Shown here: in pieces, positions 1 to 8,180 of the stretch
Numbering within the stretch: position 1 is the first letter of the stretch
Layout of the letters: every line of letters starts with the position of its first letter
Assembly (NCBI GenBank): GCA_009694725.1
Contig: SICV01000004.1
Span: 5,630-69,629 of the forward strand
Direction: 5' to 3'
Length of the DNA stretch: 64,000 bases
DNA from: Candidatus Pacearchaeota archaeon
Lineage (GTDB): Archaea; Nanobdellota; Nanobdellia; Pacearchaeales; GW2011-AR1
Notes under the pieces: generated by a model
Database searches by the model: none
The model's input: only the letters and a program-made list of their open reading frames with translations
What the model was told of the DNA's origin: nothing
Translations under genes and position numbers: made by a program

Positions 1-193
1 ATTCGAGGAATAGGCAGAAAGAGGTGAAACAGAGGAAGAAGGGGAATGGGAAGAAGAAAGACCATGCGCACGTTGCAAAATGCCCTTTTTACGTAAGAGC
101 GTATAATCAATCACGTCCACACTCTCACCCATCCCTCAGAGACATCCCACACCTTTAAATAAACTCCTCTCCTCGTGGAAATGGAAAAAGAGC

Positions 194-1732
194 ATGGCCG
201 TAAGCATTCATAACCTCATAGCAGCAATTAACCCTGGACTCTATTGCGATCCTTCCGTACGAGAAGAGGTTAAAAAAATAGTCAAAAAAGAGGGATATCT
301 CAAAGGATCGGACAAAGCGAAACCTTTGGATATTACGTACATGGATTTAATTGATATCCAATATAAATCACTCGTTTCTGCTCCAGGTATCAAAGCACCC
401 GTGGAAAAACATACCCTGGTCTATGAAAATATAAACGAAGGATCAGAAGCAATCTATTTTTGGGTAATTGATAAATTAGCAGATATTGGATTTAGAAAGG
501 TGGACAAACTAATCGACAATTTTATTTCTTCACCGGGATCGGGACATTTTTCCGAACAAGGGCAAAAAGCAAGCCGTATGCAAGATGAAGGGGGAAAGTG
601 GCTGGGAGCAGCAAACCAAATCGTCAAATCAATATTAAACATCCTCTATGATCTCAAAGAATTTGAAATAAGGTTGCAACTTTATGACCAACTCAAAAGC
701 AAAGACGTATTTGCACAAGAAGGAGCAACCATTTCCCTCAAGCAAGTATGGATGGATACCGTCGATATTAAACGAGGCAATACCAGTCTAAAGTCTCTCG
801 CATTTTCACAGCAAGGAGCATTCGTGACGCTCATTGATTCATTCATGACCGTTAAAGATGAGGAGCATGCAGACAAAATCGATCTTAACGATCGCGTGAA
901 GCGACTCCTCAAACAAAAAGTAACGGAGTATAACTTGTGGGTAAAAGAATCAGAACGGGAATTAAAAAAAAGATATGAGGTTGAAAAAACGTATCTTAAA
1001 AGTCAAATCAATGTGGTCCAGCTCTATGCTCGCTGGGCAAAACCCTATCTCAAAGCTGCTCGGGCATTAGAACAATCTGCTTCTCCTTCTGCAGCATTAG
1101 TCACTTCTTTTAATACGTCTCTACTCGAACTCACCGTACTTGCCGAATCGGGCTATGACCCACTCGATGATGTACACAAAGGGGAACTGCCAAAATTATT
1201 CAAAACAGCAAAAACAAGAAAATATGCTGCAGTAGTAATTGTAGAATTTAAATTTCGTTCAGTACCTGAACGCACCCAACAGGGATACGGATTCAAAGGA
1301 AAAACAGACATCACATTTACCAGTTATGGGCTCAGTGATGAGGAACTCAAAATACTCCGAGAAGAACTCACCAAAGATGACGTCTTAGACGTCATGGCGG
1401 TGATTGAAGGAGCAACAACTGAAAGTTTAGGAACTTTACGTGATGACATCACCAAATACCTCGGTAATGTTCCCGGCATTTCACCTGAAAAAAAAGAAGA
1501 AGAACACAAAGAAGAAGAGGCAAATCCCTTCAAAGCCTTAGCTTCCTTTTTCAAAACAGAAAAAAAAGAAGAAAAAAAAGAATCGCCAAAGCCCGGAGAA
1601 CTGAAAAAAGATTCAGATATTGAAAAAATACTTCGTTCTCAGGCAATCATCGATGCACGAAAACGCAGTTATCTCCTCTATGATCTCTATAAAAAATCAC
1701 ATCGCATGTCGAGCTTGCCTAACCATGCCTAA
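194..1732 (+). CDS. hypothetical protein, 512 aa, helical/coiled-coil-rich with K/E-rich C-terminal tail
   Basis: Long ORF with charged heptad-like stretches (KRLLKQKVTEYNLWVKESERELKKRYEVEKTYLK) and a K/E-rich tail. TATA-like TTTAAATA at 155-162. No catalytic or nucleotide-binding motif recognised. Stop overlaps the next start. Confidence 0.7.
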   Translation: MAVSIHNLIAAINPGLYCDPSVREEVKKIVKKEGYLKGSDKAKPLDITYMDLIDIQYKSLVSAPGIKAPVEKHTLVYENINEGSEAIYFWVIDKLADIGFRKVDKLIDNFISSPGSGHFSEQGQKASRMQDEGGKWLGAANQIVKSILNILYDLKEFEIRLQLYDQLKSKDVFAQEGATISLKQVWMDTVDIKRGNTSLKSLAFSQQGAFVTLIDSFMTVKDEEHADKIDLNDRVKRLLKQKVTEYNLWVKESERELKKRYEVEKTYLKSQINVVQLYARWAKPYLKAARALEQSASPSAALVTSFNTSLLELTVLAESGYDPLDDVHKGELPKLFKTAKTRKYAAVVIVEFKFRSVPERTQQGYGFKGKTDITFTSYGLSDEELKILREELTKDDVLDVMAVIEGATTESLGTLRDDITKYLGNVPGISPEKKEEEHKEEEANPFKALASFFKTEKKEEKKESPKPGELKKDSDIEKILRSQAIIDARKRSYLLYDLYKKSHRMSSLPNHA

Positions 1733-2252
1733 GAAACGAATTCGAGTCATTACCAAGAAGCAAAAAATAACTGAAATTTCGACAATAAAAAGAGCTTCGC
1801 TCGAACAAACCGTTCGTGAACCAACGTTTCTGCAGGATAGAGTACGAAGAACATCTTTGCCTCTACTCCTCCCGTTTGGCGCCCATTCCTCTGAACAAAA
1901 TGGTTCCATTAAACCAACTCAAGAACGAAGAGATAATTCACAACCAGAGGCAATTGCTCAAGAAACAGTCCCCTATGATCGTCCCGGAGGAACAAATGCC
2001 GGCAACGGCACAACCTATCGTATCCCTGGAGCAACAGATCAAACGGACAATCAAGTCTATCGCTCAGCAGGACAAGATAATAAAATAGAAACTGATCGAA
2101 AAAACCAATTCATCTCAGGAACATCAGAGACCTCTCGTGTACAAGATACCTCTGAATTAAACAAACAAAGGCAAGATCGTTATCAAGGAGCATCCCAAAC
2201 CTATCAATCTTCTTCAGTTGAGAAGAAGAACACCCGAGAACTGGGAAGATAA
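1725..2252 (+). CDS. hypothetical basic, low-complexity (Q/T/S/R/N-rich) protein, 175 aa
   Basis: ATG at 1725 overlaps the upstream stop (ATGCCTAA), suggesting translational coupling. The alternative start at 1620 would overlap the upstream CDS by more than 100 nt. The sequence looks intrinsically disordered. Confidence 0.45.
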   Translation: MPKKRIRVITKKQKITEISTIKRASLEQTVREPTFLQDRVRRTSLPLLLPFGAHSSEQNGSIKPTQERRDNSQPEAIAQETVPYDRPGGTNAGNGTTYRIPGATDQTDNQVYRSAGQDNKIETDRKNQFISGTSETSRVQDTSELNKQRQDRYQGASQTYQSSSVEKKNTRELGR

Positions 2253-2495
2253 CTATCTCCAAGGCGTACCTACTTTTTGTTGATATCTCAACAAAAATAA
2301 ACAACCACTCAATAAATATCCATTACAGCAGATACCCGGCATTTAGTGTACTTCACTTGTAAAGGATATTCCTGCCTTTCTTGTAAATCTCCCCCCAAGC
2401 GGTAAGGGTATGACCCGGACATAAAAATACCCTCAAAGTAATAATAGTCCGTGAATCATCCCAAACGCAACATACATAAAAACGTAAGTTTACAC

Positions 2496-5400
2496 TCATG
2501 AACCTGATTGTTGCCGAGCAAAATGTTGCCAAGCAACTAACACAATAATCAACAAGAGCACAATGAACACAAACGAGCCAATCTCAATAAAGAGAAGGGT
2601 CTGATTTCCTCCCGCAATCGTATCGGCCAATCGTTCAATGGCAGATTGTTGAGGAGCGCGAGGAGGAGTATACGAACTATTACTATCTGCACTAATAATG
2701 GAGGGAGTATAGGGGGCAACTCCTGAAGCATTGAAATTGGGAGTAGTTGCCCAAGAAGTGCGATTCGAAGAAAAGAGCGGAGAGGGAGAAGAAGGGGGAA
2801 GAGCGACGAATGTATCATTAGTCACTTGTACAATGCGTGTTTCAATAACGCCTGAATGACGCAAACCGGAAATAAGGAATCGATCATCAAGTTTCTCACA
2901 CGTATACGACCCATTAACTCCAGGGCAGGCAAGCACAAAACATCGTCGTTCGATGTCGCTGTGATTGACAATATCGCTTCGATCTGCAATACAGACGGCA
3001 TTCGATCGAGTACGTTTCGTCTTCAAGATAATCGTTTTAACTTCATCACCGCGTAAACTCACATTGCGTACAATTACAAATGCCTCTCGTTCATCCTCTT
3101 GCTCGATCGTAACTGAAAGATTCCCCAGCCGTGTTTCTTCAAAGGTGCTTCCAAATACAATATAGCTCGTATTTGTTTCATTCGGAAAGACAAAGAGCCC
3201 TTCAGGTTCTCGAAATAAGCGTACGTCCCGTAGTGTAAATACGGAATTACCCTGCACACACGCAGTACCATTTGAATGATAGCGCGGATCACATCGATAG
3301 ACACAGGTATTTTCAACGGTCCCATTATTTGTAATAAATCCTGTTCCAAAAGCAGTACATTTATTCGCATACCCTGTTACTGATGCATGTTCCATCGAAG
3401 TACACGCGGTAGTCGCATCAGGTGTACAGATAGTCTGCACACAAAGTTCTCGTCCTGGATTCAAAGTATCTTGTACTTTTACATATCCGATAGCACACGT
3501 CAATGAACACGTACTATTCGCAAAGTAAGCAGTGCCGAGAGCATTACACTGCTGTGAAGTCCCCGTAGAAGTGCCATTCACCACTTCAGGACATACACCA
3601 AAGCGTGTGTCTGGAGTACACTGACGTGTACATGGTTGTGTCAACGTCGGATTTCCTTGCACACAACCAGTTGGAACCGCGGAAAGCACTGTTTGAGTCT
3701 GTTGTCCTTGTTCACTACACACCCCGAAGCCAGAATAGGTAAATGAAGTACACACCTCTTTACACGTTCCCTGATCCGGGACTTGATTCTCTAAACAATT
3801 ACCATTGATATAGTGTACTTTTGTACCAACATAATAAAATTGATTTTCACCAGTCGAGGCTTCAATTTCAATAATTCCAGGACCTGTCACGGTCAGGTTG
3901 TTTCCAGAAAGAGTTGCTGGGCCAGAAACTTCAAAGAAAATAGGCAAATCAGGAGCATTTGAAGTTGCTTGCAAAGTAATGGTTTGTCCAATTGCAAGAA
4001 TGCCAACAGGTGTAAAAGTAACTGCCGGATATAATTTATCAATAAATAAATGACCTGTGAGATTATTTGTTAGATATCTACGATCATTGGAAATAATAAC
4101 CATTGGATAATATCCGGGATTGGTCGGTTCGGATAGACTGCCATTATAGTAGATAGAAATATTTATTTTTGTAGGGGCATATTCAAAAACAAAGGATTGT
4201 GGAAGACCCGTATAATTAGCAGTATAGTGACGATACGTGGAACTATAGCTATTGATATACCTCAAAAGTTCGGCATTTGAGGGAATAACAGGTATAATTC
4301 GTTCGATCGGCAACGCAGCACTATAATTTTCATTTCCTGCTTGTACTGCGCGAAGAACCAGATTTCCTGGCTGAATAAATCGAATACGAGTACCATTTGC
4401 CAAGGTACTTGGGCTCAAACCAACAGAAGTAATTTCCTGTTCAGCAGAGGTTACCTGCCCTTTCAACCAATTCCAGACACGAAGTAATAATCCTGATCGT
4501 GCTTCAAGAGCACCAATTACATTTCCTATCAACAAGGAGTCTCCCGCAGTTACCACTTCAAATGTTTCTCCCCCTGAAACGACTTCAAAAGTAATTGGTA
4601 ATCCTGAACTTGCAGAACCGCTCAATACCCGTTCTAAGAAAACAATTCTAATGCCATCATTCAATAAATCAGGCACTTGCAACGATTGCAACGCCGGACG
4701 AATCTCCAATCTGCCAGTCACATTTCCCTCATAACTTTCATTCAGGATCGTTGCCACCACAGTATAATTGCCCCCGGCAACCGGAAGCGCGGAACGTCCA
4801 TTATACGTGACATTCGCCTGCAAACCAACAGGTTCAGTAGAAACAAGAGCGCGATGAGATGTTCCAGCATACGTATGTGTAAGATTGCTCAAAAATACCA
4901 CTCCCTGTCGCATATACTGACAAGTACTCACATTCGTCCATCGCCCTTGAGCATCACAGGCATTATTCACTCCATTCACGAGGCGGGCATCAACAAGTAC
5001 GGGACAAGCGAGTGTTGCTCCAGGAACACAGTCGAAGCTATACTGGATCGAGAAATTTGAATGATTGAAAGCAAGATTGTTATTCGAATCAAGAGCGAGG
5101 TAATTCCAAGAATAATTACCTTGTGCAGGCAAGGTAACGGAGATGTTCGTGAAGTTAGAAGTGCCTGTGATTGTTCGAGACGTGATGTTGATCAAGCTAT
5201 TCGTGCTGTTCCAAATACGTAATGTTGCATTGGTCAATGCAATACCATCACTGAAGTTAGCAGCGAACCAAACCCTCGCTGCGCGAGTAAGAGTTCCACT
5301 TGCAGGTGAAACAAGGATAACCTGTGGAGGAGTTGAATCGAGAGCCCCTCTCACCTCGATATACACTACAGTGCTATTTGCACTGTAATTCTGAGTACTA

Positions 5401-8129
5401 GCATGACTCACATTTACAGAATGATTTCCAAGAACAGTAATGTTTATTCTATTCAAAATAAGGCTAGCAGAATTATTTACTTCTAATCCATCGACACGTA
5501 GAGACATAGTTGATTCACCCTTTATTCTTGAAGCAGATATTAATGCACCTTCACCAGAAACAATGCTCAAATTCCCAGCAACCCCATTCAATGTCAGAGA
5601 AACTGAAGATGAAAGAGGATTGATAGTAACCCTATAAAGTGTAGAATTAATATTGTTACGGCTATCATTCACACTCACATTCAAGGTATATATGCCTGCA
5701 CCAAGAGCGGTCTTATTAGTAAGCAGACCATTTCTAGAAATAGTGAACCTACTGTCATTAACTGAAAAGGTATCAACCAAAATGTTATCTTGGGCACTAA
5801 AAGTTACTCCTACTGACTGGCCATAGATGAGAGACAAAGGAGTAGGAGAAATAATAACCGGGGGCATCACATCGAGAGGTAAGCTAATCTGCACAGTAAC
5901 ACTCGTGGTATTGCGATTCAAAAAGAAATCAGAGAGAACAATAGGGAGAAGATACATACCTGGAGAAAGAGAAGAACTATTGGTAACCTGTCCAGAAGTA
6001 GCATTAATTGAAAATAAAGTATGCGTAAGTGAATAACGCGTTACATTGAAAAATGACTTAAGGGGATGCGTTGCGTTAGCCAGTACAAAAAAAGAAACAG
6101 CCTGAACATCTCCGAAAGTATAGTTGGAAGGGGAAAGAAGAAAAGGGGGGCGTTGTTGCTCAACGCATTCGGCAACAGAAGAAGCACAGGTACAATCAAC
6201 TACTGGAACAGACCAATTACCATTCAAACAGGAGAAGCGATGCGCTCTCCCCAGACACATGGTGGTTGCATTATTCAATTCAATATCAGAAACACCATAC
6301 GAACAACGTCCCGATGCACTCACACAACGCGAGTTACCAAACAAATCAAATCCCGTCTCATTTGAATAACAAAGAGAGGGCGAAAGGCTTCGTTCCCCAT
6401 CACGCAAGAGACAGCGAGCTTGAGTAAGTGCGGAAGTAAATTGTTTACACAAAGTCGATTCCGGACAAGTGGTAGTGCTTGTTTGCCCGTTCAAACACGT
6501 AAACGTGGAGATGGATGTTTGACAGTATGAAGTTGCATTAATATAATGCGTGAGATCATACGCACGAGGAAGAAGACAACTGCCACCAGGTATAATCTCA
6601 CGAGAAACACAACGCAACGTACTATTAATATCTGGTTCACACAAGCCAGACATACACTCGGCTCCTGCACTACACCGTGCACCAAAAGGTTGCTTAAGAG
6701 GATCATCAGAAATGCGCATCAAGGGGTCGCCAAAGGGAATAATCGGTCCATGCATGATGACAATTCCTGCTGCACTTTCTGCAAACGTAAGCCCTTGCGC
6801 ATAATTTCTGAAAAGTGCGCGCAGAGACTGCGTAATGCCATTTTGTCCTGGTTCTTCAACAGCGCCCAGAGCCCCTGCAAAACTATTCGAATAGGCCGTT
6901 CCCCCAAATGCCCGCGAAGAAAATGAGTCAACAATTTTTGATTGAATACCTGCCGGATCAGTCATATTAAAATGACTTGCATTACCAAAAGCGCTAAACG
7001 CGGCATAACTTTCAATCGTCCCGTAAATGGAACGATTCGCAACAGCAAGAGTAGGAGAAAAGAGAGATGATTCCGTAACCCAGGTATGGGGATAGCCTGC
7101 ATGATAATAGCCCGGACCATAATAGCCAAGTACGGGGGTAGGGGAAGTAAGGGGTACCAGATTATCTGACTGTACACTAATCCGTGAAGAAGAAACGGAG
7201 CGATAGAGCAAGTCACGAGTGAGCTCAGCAAGATCTTGTTCATAGACTGAAAAGTTATCCGTATCTTTATCAAGCAACCAGGTAACCTCTGATCGATTCT
7301 GAGCAGGAGCAACCGCCTTATCAATCGTATGCTGAATATCTTCCAGGGTATATCCTTGGAGCCAGGAAGCAACAAACCGAAGCGTATATCCTCCCGAACT
7401 ATTTCGATATAACTCTCGATTAAAATGAATGCCAGCGTTTGCATACGGATTCACCCACAGACTCGTATACGGTTGAGAGAGGAGCCCGCCCGGATAAAAA
7501 GCAACAGGGGTCTGATTCGATCCATACGGCATCATCAAATACCCTGCAGCAGAATCACGCCCATGTCCGGTAGCAGGATCCCACACTAAAAAGGGTACAT
7601 CTTTTGCAACGGCGAGATGGGTAATCTCGGGTTTATCAGCCGTATAGGCAAGAACCGGGTTAATAACTAAGTTGTAAAAGGTATCGACATGAAGCAATTC
7701 TTTTGATGCTCGCCAATACTCTGCAAATGCATCATCTGGGATTGAGACGCCTAACGAACGAGCACCTGGACGCTTCTGTAGATAATACGCACACACCTGC
7801 GTAGAAAGGGCAGAATTACGATTATATACACAAAGGACATTTTGATTTGCGGGGGTAAGAACAGAAGGGGAAAAAAGGGGTTCATCCATAGGTGAAGAAA
7901 TAGTCACCACTTCTGAAACAGGAACAGGAATCTCAGAAAAGAACCCTTTGACAAATGAAGTAATGCGTTCAAAAGAAGAGAAAGCGGGCACCGAGCCAAG
8001 AGGGAGAGAAACAGAAGAAGACTCTACAATTGGTGATGAAGGAGCAGGGGTCGGAAACACAAACAACACCAAACAAACCAAAGCTACAAGCAACAAAGTA
8101 AAACTAAGGTTACGCACCCACTTTTTCAT
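2496..8129 (-). CDS. giant (1877 aa) membrane-anchored, probably N-glycosylated surface/adhesin-like protein
   Basis: N-terminal hydrophobic signal/anchor (LSFTLLLVALVCLVLFVF) and C-terminal TM (FVFIVLLLIIVLVAW) with a short basic tail. Dozens of N-x-S/T sequons. Cys-rich modules (CSAGAECMSGLC...), Ig-like segments, and MBG-like segments (NVTYNG..AGNYTVVATI..YEGNVTG). The N-terminal ~400 aa tentatively resemble the TIGR03790-type domain (NVLCVYNRNSALSTQVCAYYLQKR). Confidence 0.9.
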   Translation of the reverse strand: MKKWVRNLSFTLLLVALVCLVLFVFPTPAPSSPIVESSSVSLPLGSVPAFSSFERITSFVKGFFSEIPVPVSEVVTISSPMDEPLFSPSVLTPANQNVLCVYNRNSALSTQVCAYYLQKRPGARSLGVSIPDDAFAEYWRASKELLHVDTFYNLVINPVLAYTADKPEITHLAVAKDVPFLVWDPATGHGRDSAAGYLMMPYGSNQTPVAFYPGGLLSQPYTSLWVNPYANAGIHFNRELYRNSSGGYTLRFVASWLQGYTLEDIQHTIDKAVAPAQNRSEVTWLLDKDTDNFSVYEQDLAELTRDLLYRSVSSSRISVQSDNLVPLTSPTPVLGYYGPGYYHAGYPHTWVTESSLFSPTLAVANRSIYGTIESYAAFSAFGNASHFNMTDPAGIQSKIVDSFSSRAFGGTAYSNSFAGALGAVEEPGQNGITQSLRALFRNYAQGLTFAESAAGIVIMHGPIIPFGDPLMRISDDPLKQPFGARCSAGAECMSGLCEPDINSTLRCVSREIIPGGSCLLPRAYDLTHYINATSYCQTSISTFTCLNGQTSTTTCPESTLCKQFTSALTQARCLLRDGERSLSPSLCYSNETGFDLFGNSRCVSASGRCSYGVSDIELNNATTMCLGRAHRFSCLNGNWSVPVVDCTCASSVAECVEQQRPPFLLSPSNYTFGDVQAVSFFVLANATHPLKSFFNVTRYSLTHTLFSINATSGQVTNSSSLSPGMYLLPIVLSDFFLNRNTTSVTVQISLPLDVMPPVIISPTPLSLIYGQSVGVTFSAQDNILVDTFSVNDSRFTISRNGLLTNKTALGAGIYTLNVSVNDSRNNINSTLYRVTINPLSSSVSLTLNGVAGNLSIVSGEGALISASRIKGESTMSLRVDGLEVNNSASLILNRINITVLGNHSVNVSHASTQNYSANSTVVYIEVRGALDSTPPQVILVSPASGTLTRAARVWFAANFSDGIALTNATLRIWNSTNSLINITSRTITGTSNFTNISVTLPAQGNYSWNYLALDSNNNLAFNHSNFSIQYSFDCVPGATLACPVLVDARLVNGVNNACDAQGRWTNVSTCQYMRQGVVFLSNLTHTYAGTSHRALVSTEPVGLQANVTYNGRSALPVAGGNYTVVATILNESYEGNVTGRLEIRPALQSLQVPDLLNDGIRIVFLERVLSGSASSGLPITFEVVSGGETFEVVTAGDSLLIGNVIGALEARSGLLLRVWNWLKGQVTSAEQEITSVGLSPSTLANGTRIRFIQPGNLVLRAVQAGNENYSAALPIERIIPVIPSNAELLRYINSYSSTYRHYTANYTGLPQSFVFEYAPTKINISIYYNGSLSEPTNPGYYPMVIISNDRRYLTNNLTGHLFIDKLYPAVTFTPVGILAIGQTITLQATSNAPDLPIFFEVSGPATLSGNNLTVTGPGIIEIEASTGENQFYYVGTKVHYINGNCLENQVPDQGTCKEVCTSFTYSGFGVCSEQGQQTQTVLSAVPTGCVQGNPTLTQPCTRQCTPDTRFGVCPEVVNGTSTGTSQQCNALGTAYFANSTCSLTCAIGYVKVQDTLNPGRELCVQTICTPDATTACTSMEHASVTGYANKCTAFGTGFITNNGTVENTCVYRCDPRYHSNGTACVQGNSVFTLRDVRLFREPEGLFVFPNETNTSYIVFGSTFEETRLGNLSVTIEQEDEREAFVIVRNVSLRGDEVKTIILKTKRTRSNAVCIADRSDIVNHSDIERRCFVLACPGVNGSYTCEKLDDRFLISGLRHSGVIETRIVQVTNDTFVALPPSSPSPLFSSNRTSWATTPNFNASGVAPYTPSIISADSNSSYTPPRAPQQSAIERLADTIAGGNQTLLFIEIGSFVFIVLLLIIVLVAWQHFARQQSGS

Positions 8130-8151
8130 TCCCTCCTAGAATAAAGACACC

Positions 8152-8159
8152 TTTAAATA
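8152..8159. promoter_or_regulatory. single palindromic TATA box (TTTAAA core) shared by divergent genes starting at 8129 (-) and 8181 (+)
   Basis: The box is 28-29 nt from both start codons. The same spacing recurs across the window. Confidence 0.5.
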
Positions 8160-8180
8160 CATAATCGAACTCAAGAAAAC

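Noticed and set aside
1-65. Possible 5' end of a minus-strand gene (MVFLLPIPLLPLFHLFLPIPR...) running off the window, and a 52-codon open plus-strand frame ending at 157
   Set aside because: Only about 20 codons are visible. The A/T box is weak, so either reading remains unsupported.
1620-1724. Upstream start of the second ORF
   Set aside because: It would overlap the 194-1732 CDS by 113 nt in another frame. The ATG at 1725 gives a typical 8-nt coupling overlap.
2549-7444. Many 60-160-aa ORFs on both strands inside the giant gene (e.g. 4677-5060, 6546-6926, 6962-7444). The same occurs inside 57808-61830, gyrA, gyrB and dnaK.
   Set aside because: They are nested within long, motif-supported CDSs. 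They have low-complexity or biased composition typical of shadow ORFs.
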